DNA of 49,414 nucleotides from a virus (Duplodnaviria; Heunggongvirae; Uroviricota; Caudoviricetes): IMG/VR virus record IMGVR_UViG_3300027631_000003; one strand, 5' to 3'. Shown piece by piece: positions 27,202 to 37,096 of this stretch (position 1 is its first letter; each line of letters starts with the position of its first letter). The notes under the pieces were generated by a model. It saw only the letters and a program-made list of their open reading frames with translations, ran no database searches and was not told where the DNA came from. The position numbers and the translations under genes were made by a program.

Positions 27202-27494
27202 GCTGTTACTAAGTTTTTAATTTCTTCTTTTACTGATGTATAATTACTTAAAAATTCTCGGAGTGAATAAGTCTCGCGCTTATTTGCTACTTGGTAACGA
27301 ATAATTTTATCCATTGCATTTGACAATGAAGTAAAACTACCACAGAAATTGTTTCCAGTTTTTGTTGAATCGATTACAGTGTAGCTGTACTCATCTACTT
27401 GGATTTCGTAAGGCGCTAATAATGCGTCAGAAATAATGGATTGTGATTTGGTTTGGCCTTTCACACGGCCAAATGCTTTTTTCTCTTCGCTCAT
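27198..27494 (-). CDS. hypothetical protein
   Basis: First gene of groES/EL run; class A motif 27519-27535 and class B motif 27557-27565 upstream. Confidence 0.65.
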   Translation of the reverse strand: MSEEKKAFGRVKGQTKSQSIISDALLAPYEIQVDEYSYTVIDSTKTGNNFCGSFTSLSNAMDKIIRYQVANKRETYSLREFLSNYTSVKEEIKNLVTA

Positions 27495-27567
27495 ATAACT
27501 TTTATTTTTAGTACAGTGTAAATATAATTAAGAAAATTATACTTCCCTATTTCGTATATAAATATAT

Positions 27568-28284
27568 CTAATTTAAAGAAGCCATAATAAAGTACTGAGA
27601 GATGGCATCTCCTTCAATAAACATTAGATGCATTAATCCATCTTCGTTTACTTTCATTTCAGCTTTATCGAAGTTTTTATTTGCTGTTAATATTTCACGT
27701 AACACATCTGATGGAAATAATAATGGAGCAAACGGCATTCCTTCGGTTTTGGATGGAATATTGAATTCCAATTTATTAGCATATCCTGATGGATCACCTA
27801 ATATGATACGTGCTGTATCGTTATGTGGTTCTAATGTAAATGTTTTAATATCTGGTCCTAATGCTTTCTTACAATCAATAAATCGAGTAACGAAATCGGG
27901 CTCCATATCGTAATGCAACTGATAAGTTACATCAATTGCATTTGGTGTTTTAGGGATTAATGATATATCTGATGCTGAAAACATCATTTTGTATTGGTTA
28001 TCTTCAATTAGTAGTTTTTCTACAATACCGAATTTCTCCTGGTACTGAATATCTACATTCGTATCTAGGATATGTAGTAATTTTAATAATGGGGATGTTT
28101 CGAATATACCGAATTCAGCATTTGGTAATTCAATTGGTAATACAACTTCACCTACTACATCACGATTAGTAGTAGAGAATGGAATTGTTAACACATTATT
28201 TTTAATGTTGAACTTAACTGCTTCAGTCAGTCCATTCAGATAATATTTTTCAATACTATCTACTAATTTACGTTTATCGATCAT
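27568..28284 (-). CDS. DNA polymerase sliding clamp (T4 gp45-like)
   Basis: 238 aa; EFGIFETSPLL resembles gp45 FGIYDL; lies between PolB and clamp loader genes. Confidence 0.7.
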   Translation of the reverse strand: MIDKRKLVDSIEKYYLNGLTEAVKFNIKNNVLTIPFSTTNRDVVGEVVLPIELPNAEFGIFETSPLLKLLHILDTNVDIQYQEKFGIVEKLLIEDNQYKMMFSASDISLIPKTPNAIDVTYQLHYDMEPDFVTRFIDCKKALGPDIKTFTLEPHNDTARIILGDPSGYANKLEFNIPSKTEGMPFAPLLFPSDVLREILTANKNFDKAEMKVNEDGLMHLMFIEGDAISQYFIMASLN

Positions 28285-28306
28285 AACCTTAATTTAATGA
28301 AGAAAT

Positions 28307-28945
28307 CTAGTTTAGCTTTAAAAGCATACCAATTCCCATATAAGCATTTGGACGCATAGAACCTTCATGTACGTTACCACCAACTTGTAATTGAAGTAAA
28401 TTGTCATTTAATGATTTACGAACAATTGATAATCCAAATGATTGGAATGGTTGTGTAAAGTTTGTAGTCATATGTGGGCCCATATACCACTGTACTATCT
28501 TTGGACGGTATACTTCTACAATTCGTTCCTTAACTTTTGGTTTTACATCAGCAATCCATCTTCTACTTACTAAGCGATTATGTGAGATTGTATCTGTAAT
28601 TATAACATTACCAATTCCATCTTCTAATGTAAGTGTTTCTTTATGTACATTTTTTGGATAGTATTGTTGTAGGATAGCAACAGTATCTAATGCTGTAGGA
28701 GCAGTTGGTACTGGTACCATTGTGTATTTTAATACTTCAACTGTTTTAGTAACTGTTCTAACTCGTGGTTTTGGTGCCTTAGCAACAGGTACAATTATTG
28801 GTTTTGGTGCTGGAACAGGAATTGGTATTACTTTAGATACGGTAGCAATTCCGTTCTTATATGTTTTAACAATAATAAATTTTTGTTTTTGGCCAAACGC
28901 TGACACTCCCATCAGCATTAGTAGTAGTATGTATAACTTTTTCAT
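28307..28945 (-). CDS. secreted/outer-membrane protein with Pro-rich linker and C-terminal amphipathic strands
   Basis: Signal peptide; PIPVPAPKP; YMGIGMLLKLN end. Confidence 0.6.
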   Translation of the reverse strand: MKKLYILLLMLMGVSAFGQKQKFIIVKTYKNGIATVSKVIPIPVPAPKPIIVPVAKAPKPRVRTVTKTVEVLKYTMVPVPTAPTALDTVAILQQYYPKNVHKETLTLEDGIGNVIITDTISHNRLVSRRWIADVKPKVKERIVEVYRPKIVQWYMGPHMTTNFTQPFQSFGLSIVRKSLNDNLLQLQVGGNVHEGSMRPNAYMGIGMLLKLN

Positions 28946-28965
28946 CGTATATAAATATATATTTT

Positions 28966-31605
28966 TTAATCAAAAGTGAAGAACTTGTTAAAATTAGCAT
29001 TAAATATAGGCATTCCCCATCCAATATCGGAATATAGGCCTTCAATTTTGTTTTTCATTACTGAATCAAATAATAGTCCTCTATTAATGTATTTTTCAAT
29101 AAATTCAATAATTTGTGGAGGATCATTATAGCCGTTAAATCCGATACAATCAATCTTAAATGGATTATCTTTTAAATAAGCAATTAGCATTTTATCGCCA
29201 ATCTGGAATTTAGAGTATTGTTTATCTAATCCTTTAAATTGTAGTAAGTCATTATAGCGAATAGCAGCTTTAGTATTGATTGGACATTTTAATCGTAATT
29301 TACTAAATATCTCACCATTTCTAGGACGTGAATCAATATATGATCCTAATTGTTTTAGGCCAGTCGGTTTCAATAGCTGACGCCAATCAATTGTGTTTAC
29401 CTTAGTTTTAAAATCAAGTATTTGCTTATCGATGTCTTGTTTTTGTTTACCGAACATGATTTGATTTAGAATCGACTCACCAAATTCACGGAATAATGGT
29501 GGAAAATTCGATTTCATCAGATCTAATCCCTTCATGTCTAGCTCTTCAACTGTAACACCTTCCTTATTTACAATATACATTGCGTAACGACGTTTACCTG
29601 AGAAGTAGCCCCGTTCGATTACTACTTCTTGTTTTAATTCAAAGTAGTGAGGTCGATCATGTAAATTAAATAAGTCAACTACTAGTGTATCTAAATGTTT
29701 ATTTGCTAATAATTGAATCTCGGTAGCAATCTCTAATGTAGCTGCAATACAAGCCGCTTTATCAGTTAAATCAACACCTTCAGCTCGTAGTAAATCCTTA
29801 ACATGAATGAATAATGAGTCGGTATCTGAAGTAATAATATAATCTTTATTATTTGTACCTAATCGCTCATTCATTATTTTATTACAGAATATAATCGATT
29901 CTTGAGTTAATCGTTGTCCTGTTAATGTAATAGCTTTAGATATCATTTTATGACCATCAGTGTAGCGCCATGAGTTTAAAGCAAATACACCATACACGTC
30001 ATTTAATTTAATTTTATATGCATGTTGGCGTCGGTTATAAAACTCACCCATAACAGTATCACCTGCTTTATATGCTTTTTTCATTAAATTCTTATACTCG
30101 ACACGTTTATTAAACCAGTCAGTTAGAATTTCACATACAACTGATTGTTTATTTTTATCGAATATAACACCAGCAGCTGATATAATTAGGTTATTATTTT
30201 TAACGAAATTATACATTATACCTGCTGTGGTATCTGTTAGCTTTAATGTTTTATCTGGTAGTAGTTTTTCGACTGTAATCTTAGTGTTTGGGTCCATGTG
30301 CTTCAGCTCATCTAAGGACCACTGACTATCAGTTTTATGTTTGTTTACAATTCTACCTACTAGCGTTTCAATACCAATATTTAAAGAACGAATAATAGAT
30401 GGGTATAGCGATGTAAAGTCTAAGTCAATTACCCACTCGTATAGGCCCGGTTCTGGATCCTTTAAATATCCACCGGCATATTCAGATAATTCAATAATTT
30501 CATCTAATTGTTCTTTAGTGATTTTACCTGTTTTGTAATCAAATTCAGCTTTCTTACGTGATAATCCACCTAATTTAGGATTTGATGTAGTCGGTTTATT
30601 AGGCGATACAATATTCTTACGTTTTAGGTAAGTTAAAATAGCACCATCATTTAGAGCCGTTGAATAATAGATGTTATCGTAGGTAGTATGACATAGGTGA
30701 CCAACAGTAACTGTTAGATCGATAAATTTCATTTTTTCCTCTAACTTAACTAGAATCTCAACGTCGCGAATGTTATATTCGATAAATTTCTGTACGTCTT
30801 CCTTAAATAATTTATCTAATGAACCATAATACTCAATTTTACCTAACTTAACGTATTTAGTTCCAATATTACCTAATGCGTATGATGGTTCTTGTTTAGT
30901 TACATATTTTTTAAATAGTAACATATAATCTAGGTGATTTAAACCACCAATTTTAACTACTTGCTCGCCATCATTTTCACCTACAGCTACTTTTCTAATC
31001 GGAGATAAGCGGTCAGCTTGCGTTTTACCTAATACTTTGGCAATTCTGTTGTATGTGTAAGGCACATCGAAGAATTCACTATTCCACCCCGAGATTATCG
31101 TAGGATCTAATTCATTCCATTTATCTAGGAACGTTTGCAGCAGGATTTTTTCCGAAATACAAGAGATAACAAATGTATTATCTTTTTCAGAATTTGTAAG
31201 TAATTGATCTTCATCTAGAATATAGCAATAATATTGCTTTAACGAATTATCATATAAAGCAATTGATGTAATTTTAGTTGGAGCATTAGCTACTGTTTGT
31301 GGTGTTAATGCACCTGCAATTTCGCACTCAATATCAAAGAATACCGTATTGTGAAATTCTGGTGTATCATCTGATTCTGAGTATAAATCAACTAGTACTC
31401 GAGTGTGTTTATCAACGTCTGTTTCGTAGCAATCACCTGAGTATGTTTTAGTAGGTGATACTTTATCCCCAAACAATGTTAAATAATGTCCTTTGGTATC
31501 TGGTTTGAAAAATGTGGGTTGGTACTCGAATGAGTTCCAACCCAATTTATCATCACGTAAGTGATATTTCTTTTCTCTAGAATCGTAATAGATTGATTGA
31601 TACAT
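28966..31605 (-). CDS. family B DNA polymerase
   Basis: ExoI DIE, ExoII WNSEFFD, ExoIII YNIRD, DLDFTSLYPS, KIKLNDVYG, SDTDS, KRRY. Confidence 0.97.
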   Translation of the reverse strand: MYQSIYYDSREKKYHLRDDKLGWNSFEYQPTFFKPDTKGHYLTLFGDKVSPTKTYSGDCYETDVDKHTRVLVDLYSESDDTPEFHNTVFFDIECEIAGALTPQTVANAPTKITSIALYDNSLKQYYCYILDEDQLLTNSEKDNTFVISCISEKILLQTFLDKWNELDPTIISGWNSEFFDVPYTYNRIAKVLGKTQADRLSPIRKVAVGENDGEQVVKIGGLNHLDYMLLFKKYVTKQEPSYALGNIGTKYVKLGKIEYYGSLDKLFKEDVQKFIEYNIRDVEILVKLEEKMKFIDLTVTVGHLCHTTYDNIYYSTALNDGAILTYLKRKNIVSPNKPTTSNPKLGGLSRKKAEFDYKTGKITKEQLDEIIELSEYAGGYLKDPEPGLYEWVIDLDFTSLYPSIIRSLNIGIETLVGRIVNKHKTDSQWSLDELKHMDPNTKITVEKLLPDKTLKLTDTTAGIMYNFVKNNNLIISAAGVIFDKNKQSVVCEILTDWFNKRVEYKNLMKKAYKAGDTVMGEFYNRRQHAYKIKLNDVYGVFALNSWRYTDGHKMISKAITLTGQRLTQESIIFCNKIMNERLGTNNKDYIITSDTDSLFIHVKDLLRAEGVDLTDKAACIAATLEIATEIQLLANKHLDTLVVDLFNLHDRPHYFELKQEVVIERGYFSGKRRYAMYIVNKEGVTVEELDMKGLDLMKSNFPPLFREFGESILNQIMFGKQKQDIDKQILDFKTKVNTIDWRQLLKPTGLKQLGSYIDSRPRNGEIFSKLRLKCPINTKAAIRYNDLLQFKGLDKQYSKFQIGDKMLIAYLKDNPFKIDCIGFNGYNDPPQIIEFIEKYINRGLLFDSVMKNKIEGLYSDIGWGMPIFNANFNKFFTFD

Positions 31606-31620
31606 ATAACCTTTTTGTTA

Positions 31621-31637
31621 TAAACATAATTAAGAAA
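31621..31637 (-). promoter_or_regulatory. class A promoter motif for DNA polymerase
   Basis: TTTCTTAATTATGTTTA. Confidence 0.7.
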
Positions 31638-33308
31638 TTAATTTTCTCTACGGTCTTCTCTAGGATAAAATTCAAATCTATCATGTTCAGTTGGTGTTGC
31701 TAATAATATTCCTGGATTGAGTATTTTATCAAGTGTTTGTTGATACATAAATGACATCCAAGTTTGTTCATATGGATAACCCCATTTAGTATCTAAGAAC
31801 ATTTTTTTATTACCTTCACGGGATACTACTTGAGGCCAGTTACAATAATATACTTCACCAGTTGCATAAGGTAACCCATTTAATGATTTTATATTTTTAA
31901 AATTCATATTAGGGGCAGCATTCACATCACTAGTTATTTTAACTGGTCTTTCAGGAAATAATTTAGCTCTAACATCAGCAGGAACATTATGCCAAGCCCA
32001 TTGTTTAGAATTATCACCATAAAACTCACTAAAATTCCATTTTAAGAAATCAAAATTTTCAGTCCAAGCAATACGCATCATTGTATTATAGAAGTCATTA
32101 ATTTTTCTCCTAAATCCGTTTCTGCAGAATTCATCATTACCTAAATAAAAGAACATATCATCTTCAAAGAAAAAATGATAATCGAATCCATTTTCATCAG
32201 CGTGTTCAGCTATGAATTGACGTCCACCACATATTCCAATATTATCTTTTTTAATTGCTTCAAATCCATACTTTTTACATAACTTATTATATTGTTTTGT
32301 AGTTGTTAGATCTGTAGAATTATTTAATAGGTATTTTTTAGGTTTATCTAAGAAGTTCTTATCATATAATTCAAACGACATACATAATTTTTCAAATTGA
32401 GATGGGGAATTATAAGTTAAAACATATAATGCGGTATTATTTACATCATGGTCATTTTGTAATATTTCATTATTACTTTGATTTAAATTTTTTAATGTAT
32501 CATTCTTTAAATTTTCAAAAAATGTACTTAATAAACCATTTCCTTCAATTTCAAAATATTGGAATAATTCTGGATGTTTATAAAGTAAAATAGTAAATAA
32601 TGATTCTTCTGTACCCATATACCCACTAGATAGGGAATCTATCAATAATGAATAGTACATGTTATTTACTTCGGCAATTAAATCTTTAGGTCCTCCAAAA
32701 ATACCTCCACGACACACTTTATCTACTTCTCCTTGAGCATATTCACACATTGGTTCGTAGGTAAAACCATGTATTTCAACTTTACCATCATATGGGAAAG
32801 CAACAAATGAAAATTTATTAAAATATTTATCTAATTTAGATAGAACTTTATCATGCCAGAAATAACCTTCATGTACTGTATTTGTTAAACCACCATCAAC
32901 CCACACTAAATGTGTTGAATTAAATTTATCAAATATTCTAGCATCATTCATTAGAAACATCTTAGACATTACTAATGGATTGTATAAATCTAATTTAGCT
33001 TGTGTACTTTCTGGTAGCCATCCTGATTGGTTATACCAATTTTCATTGGTTCTAATTTTTTGTATTAAATCATAATATTCATTATTTTTAAACCAATCTA
33101 ACTCACGAATAATCACTTGAGTATTTTCAGATGAACGTCGTTCCCATACCCATTGTTCATATTCTGGTTCTATAAATACAATAAAATTGTCTGGTGATTT
33201 TAGTAATTTGTCTAAATTATTTAAATAATGATCAAATGAACGAGACCATCCCTCAGATAATTGATCTCTTTTAATATCCCAAATTCCCGTAACTATAGTT
33301 GTACTCAT
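31638..33308 (-). CDS. HtrL/YibB-like glycosyltransferase fused to a GT-A domain
   Basis: TIVTGIWDI, WSRSFDHYL, WVDGG, GGIFGG, MGTEE; second domain YVLTYN, FFEDD. Confidence 0.7.
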   Translation of the reverse strand: MSTTIVTGIWDIKRDQLSEGWSRSFDHYLNNLDKLLKSPDNFIVFIEPEYEQWVWERRSSENTQVIIRELDWFKNNEYYDLIQKIRTNENWYNQSGWLPESTQAKLDLYNPLVMSKMFLMNDARIFDKFNSTHLVWVDGGLTNTVHEGYFWHDKVLSKLDKYFNKFSFVAFPYDGKVEIHGFTYEPMCEYAQGEVDKVCRGGIFGGPKDLIAEVNNMYYSLLIDSLSSGYMGTEESLFTILLYKHPELFQYFEIEGNGLLSTFFENLKNDTLKNLNQSNNEILQNDHDVNNTALYVLTYNSPSQFEKLCMSFELYDKNFLDKPKKYLLNNSTDLTTTKQYNKLCKKYGFEAIKKDNIGICGGRQFIAEHADENGFDYHFFFEDDMFFYLGNDEFCRNGFRRKINDFYNTMMRIAWTENFDFLKWNFSEFYGDNSKQWAWHNVPADVRAKLFPERPVKITSDVNAAPNMNFKNIKSLNGLPYATGEVYYCNWPQVVSREGNKKMFLDTKWGYPYEQTWMSFMYQQTLDKILNPGILLATPTEHDRFEFYPREDRREN

Positions 33309-34180
33309 TGTAGTTGTTCTAAAACTTTATAAAATGACCGATTTCTAATAAAATATAAATTATCTTCATTTAAGTAAGCCTGAATGTTATTTTCATGCCA
33401 CCATGTATCAAAATAATCAGTAGTAAATAATTCAGGGTAATTATAATAAAGAACTGTTAAGATATTCTCTTCATGCCATTGAATTTTATTATATTCTTCT
33501 ATAATACTATTAACCCCATTATCAAATTTAATAAATAAATCATTAATTAACTTACTATCACCTCCGATAACACCTCCAATAACATGCCACTTTCCATCAT
33601 ATTCATTAATAAAACATTCTTTAGGTTCATGAGCCCAAAAATTCAAATGATTTTCTTTTAATATCAAAAAGCATTTATTTTCGGTTTGATTATTTAAATT
33701 AGATAAGAATGTATTATTAAATAATGGAGATGAATAATAACTTTCACCTGAAAAATAATCACCTTTACACTCCATGTATTTGTCGGGGATTAAACCAGTA
33801 TATGATAAACCCGCGTCAAACCAATAAACTCTATCATAATCTGATGTAGTTTCTTCTTTCATCCAATATAATTTCATATATTGGACTTCTAAACATCTAT
33901 CTGATGTTTTAGCGTCTTCAAAATTTTTATACTGTTCAAATTTATCTTTCCAATAATGATTATCTAAATCATAAGTTTTAATAGTAAGATTTTCATACTC
34001 ACCTAAATAGTTAGTTAAATTCTCTACTTCTTCTTCAGCTGTATATAATACAAAATCAGCATTTGTCATTTTTAACATTGACTTTACTGAGTTTATGTAA
34101 TGATATCCTCTATTTATTCGTCCACCGAATTTAGTACCGTAAAGGTTACTATATATGCATGTTACTATCTTTGTTTTCAT
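33305..34180 (-). CDS. HtrL/YibB-like glycosyltransferase
   Basis: KIVTCIY, YWFDAG, IGGVIGG, EENIL. Confidence 0.65.
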   Translation of the reverse strand: MKTKIVTCIYSNLYGTKFGGRINRGYHYINSVKSMLKMTNADFVLYTAEEEVENLTNYLGEYENLTIKTYDLDNHYWKDKFEQYKNFEDAKTSDRCLEVQYMKLYWMKEETTSDYDRVYWFDAGLSYTGLIPDKYMECKGDYFSGESYYSSPLFNNTFLSNLNNQTENKCFLILKENHLNFWAHEPKECFINEYDGKWHVIGGVIGGDSKLINDLFIKFDNGVNSIIEEYNKIQWHEENILTVLYYNYPELFTTDYFDTWWHENNIQAYLNEDNLYFIRNRSFYKVLEQLQ

Positions 34181-35121
34181 TAAGATATTAAGTCTTTAAT
34201 TTTTAAAAATAAATTATACTCTTTAGAATTAAAATATTCATTTTTAATTTGATGAATTATTGGAAGATATTTATTATATAATTCAGTTTCATTTGAAATA
34301 ATATGTTTTAGTCTATACTCAATTTCATTTTTATCTTTTACTATATCAGTAAAATTAAATTCATCTAATTCACTTAAATATTCATTAAAATTTGAACACC
34401 CAAAATAAATAGGTATGGTATCGGTTAAAATACAATCCCAGAATTTTTCACTAATGTAGTTTTTTTGTATTGTATTCTCTCCTGAAATTGAAAATTTGTA
34501 ATTATTAAGTCCTAACATTTTATTCCATATAGCACCTTTTACTTGTTTTCCGTTTTCTTCCCAATATTGACCATAAACATCAATATTAAAATTATTCTGA
34601 ATTAAATATTCTACTATTTTAACTCGATCCTCATATATAGTTTGATATAAATCTGTATTGAAATTATAATGAGTTTCGTATGAGTTTCTAACTATGGTAC
34701 TAATAGATTTATTCTTATTAAATTTTTTATTAATTAAATTACTATAAGTCCAATCATATTCAGATTCAGCAAAATTAATCTCTCCATGTCCCCCATATAA
34801 CATATAAACTAAATGTTCTTTATATGCTGGGGTATCTTCATATCCTTTTTTATCATGAACTATAATATGATTACTTATTTCATGTAAATGAGTTGAATTA
34901 TTACCTGACCATAATGGCTCCATTGTAAAGCAAAATGTAGTATCTTTACTTTTTACAATAGTATCATGACTGGGTCTCCCAAATATAAATAAAGCTTCAT
35001 ACGAATTATCATGAACAAATTTAATCCCATCTAATTGATTTGGATCTGTAACAAATTGTTTAATTACCCTATCAGTAATATTGTGAGAATTAGTCCACCA
35101 ACAATCTATTTTTACTTTCAT
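34180..35121 (-). CDS. GT10 alpha-1,3/4-fucosyltransferase-like protein
   Basis: YKFSISGEN...NYISEK...IPIYFG. Confidence 0.85.
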   Translation of the reverse strand: MKVKIDCWWTNSHNITDRVIKQFVTDPNQLDGIKFVHDNSYEALFIFGRPSHDTIVKSKDTTFCFTMEPLWSGNNSTHLHEISNHIIVHDKKGYEDTPAYKEHLVYMLYGGHGEINFAESEYDWTYSNLINKKFNKNKSISTIVRNSYETHYNFNTDLYQTIYEDRVKIVEYLIQNNFNIDVYGQYWEENGKQVKGAIWNKMLGLNNYKFSISGENTIQKNYISEKFWDCILTDTIPIYFGCSNFNEYLSELDEFNFTDIVKDKNEIEYRLKHIISNETELYNKYLPIIHQIKNEYFNSKEYNLFLKIKDLIS

Positions 35122-35882
35122 AGTTTGTTTTTATTATTTCTAAAAAATGACTCATATGGATATTGAGTAGCATCTGATTGTACTTTAATATATTTTGCCC
35201 CAAACATTCCTTCAATCCCTGTATCATCTCCCGATAGAATATATTTTGGATTATTATCTAAACTAAACATAAATTCTCGATTAAATGCTGAATATTTAGA
35301 AACACCTGGGCGGATGTTTTCATCTCTAATCCAATTTCCAGATGGTTGAATACCACCAATACTCCATTCAGTAACATTTCTATTATATTTACTTACATAT
35401 CTCCAAATAATGTCACCATCTTCCTCTCCAAATCCTAATAATCGCTCATCAAAATAACCTAATTCATCTAATATGTCTTTATGAACGGCATAATATTGGA
35501 ATGAACTGTTAATTCTACAAATATCTGGGTGTTGATGAGTTAAATTTTGTTCTATCGTTGAAAAGAAATCATCAGATGTTAATTCTAAATCATCTTGGAG
35601 GATTACAGTCCAATCAGTAGTTGAGTGAATACATAATGTATTTACTAGTTTAGCTAATCCTCTTTGTTCTGGAAAAAATATTGGGTAAACGTTTTGATAT
35701 TCTAAACATAATTTTAAAATAGATTTCCTGTATTCGTCATCAAATAATTGTTGATAATTTCCATTTATAGCAACTATAATATCAGCGTCTGTTTGACTTC
35801 TAATTTGGGATAAAAACTTAGTAAAGTAATCTAAACGATTAATAAAAGTAGTAATTCCTATGGTGTATTTTTTATCTGTCAT
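35118..35882 (-). CDS. GT2 glycosyltransferase
   Basis: IGITTF, LQDD, GYFDER..GFGEED. Confidence 0.8.
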   Translation of the reverse strand: MTDKKYTIGITTFINRLDYFTKFLSQIRSQTDADIIVAINGNYQQLFDDEYRKSILKLCLEYQNVYPIFFPEQRGLAKLVNTLCIHSTTDWTVILQDDLELTSDDFFSTIEQNLTHQHPDICRINSSFQYYAVHKDILDELGYFDERLLGFGEEDGDIIWRYVSKYNRNVTEWSIGGIQPSGNWIRDENIRPGVSKYSAFNREFMFSLDNNPKYILSGDDTGIEGMFGAKYIKVQSDATQYPYESFFRNNKNKL

Positions 35883-36555
35883 AATATAATTTATTACCCC
35901 AATCAGTAAAATGAGGCAAATGATAAGGTGAAATATTTGTTATTGGTTGACGATTTATTTTTCGTAGTAATTTATCTAAAGCATCTCCATCTTCTCCTCC
36001 CCACGTAGTAAATACAGGATCAAACCCTCCAATTTCTTTTAATGGTTTTGTGGGTGTAATAAAGAAGGCTCCTAATCCTCCAACACAACCATTTCCAATA
36101 GCATAATTAAAATTGGTTTTTGATTTTAATGTTTTATTTTCATAATCAACAAACTCATCCCCACTAATTTTTTTCCAATCAAAATTATAAACAAAATCGG
36201 AATCTAAATTGTTGTATAAATCTAAAATTAATGGATATTCTTCTTCATCAAAGAAACAGTCTGAATCTATAATTGATATAAAATCACTTTTTGAACGATC
36301 TAATGCTATGTTTATTTTTTCTGAGCGTTTATATACTGATAATGGGTAAGGAATATGAATTGAATTTTCAATTATTTTATTAGGAGAGAAATCATACACT
36401 ATATAATTAACATTACCTCCATTTTGGTTAATAAAATTAACTAATTCGGTATTTTTCTCAATAGTGAACAAAACATTACGTTCTCTATCACTATCTTCCC
36501 TACCATCGGTCCAAAATAAAGTAATTAAATCCCAAATTTTATTTTGATTTGTCAT
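35872..36555 (-). CDS. GT2/GT7C-like glycosyltransferase
   Basis: IDSD, GGFDPVFTTWGGED, YHLPH. Confidence 0.8.
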   Translation of the reverse strand: MTNQNKIWDLITLFWTDGREDSDRERNVLFTIEKNTELVNFINQNGGNVNYIVYDFSPNKIIENSIHIPYPLSVYKRSEKINIALDRSKSDFISIIDSDCFFDEEEYPLILDLYNNLDSDFVYNFDWKKISGDEFVDYENKTLKSKTNFNYAIGNGCVGGLGAFFITPTKPLKEIGGFDPVFTTWGGEDGDALDKLLRKINRQPITNISPYHLPHFTDWGNKLYYDR

Positions 36556-37096
36556 ATATCCAACAAGCACCTATTACAGATATTTTTTCTTGCCCAAAGA
36601 ATTCGTTAACAGCAGGATAAACACCACAATCATAATGATAATCATGACCCGATATAATCCCGGTTGATTTTACTTTTGGAGCCCACGCTATTAAGTCTTT
36701 TTTTACGCTTTCATAATCATGTCCTGCATCAATGAATACAAAATCTAAGCTATCATCTGCGTAATTAGAAGCTGCGTCCCATGATACATCTTTGATAATA
36801 TTAATTTTATCCTTTACAGGTTCTATATTATTTAAAAATATATCATATAAATTTTCAAATTGATCTTCTTCTAATTCTTTAGATGTTGGAACATATTCCC
36901 AAGTATCAACACAATCAAATTTTATGTCTTTGTTTGAGTTTATAATCTCAACAGCCATAAAGCAAGCACTCATTCCCTTCCAAACCCCCACTTCAACGAA
37001 GTGAGAGTTTGTTGGAAATTTAGATACTATTGAAGAGTATAAATCTTCATAATTAAACCAGTTTTCACTGTTTACATTTTTATAAAAATGCTCCAT
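36539..37096 (-). CDS. class I SAM methyltransferase (Methyltransf_24-like)
   Basis: VEVGVWKGMS, DFVFIDAGHDY, GIISGHDY. Confidence 0.88.
   Translation of the reverse strand: MEHFYKNVNSENWFNYEDLYSSIVSKFPTNSHFVEVGVWKGMSACFMAVEIINSNKDIKFDCVDTWEYVPTSKELEEDQFENLYDIFLNNIEPVKDKINIIKDVSWDAASNYADDSLDFVFIDAGHDYESVKKDLIAWAPKVKSTGIISGHDYHYDCGVYPAVNEFFGQEKISVIGACWIYDKSK

Noticed and set aside
28966-31605. Intein or intron in PolB
   Set aside because: Continuous 879-aa ORF of normal size with no splicing or LAGLIDADG motifs
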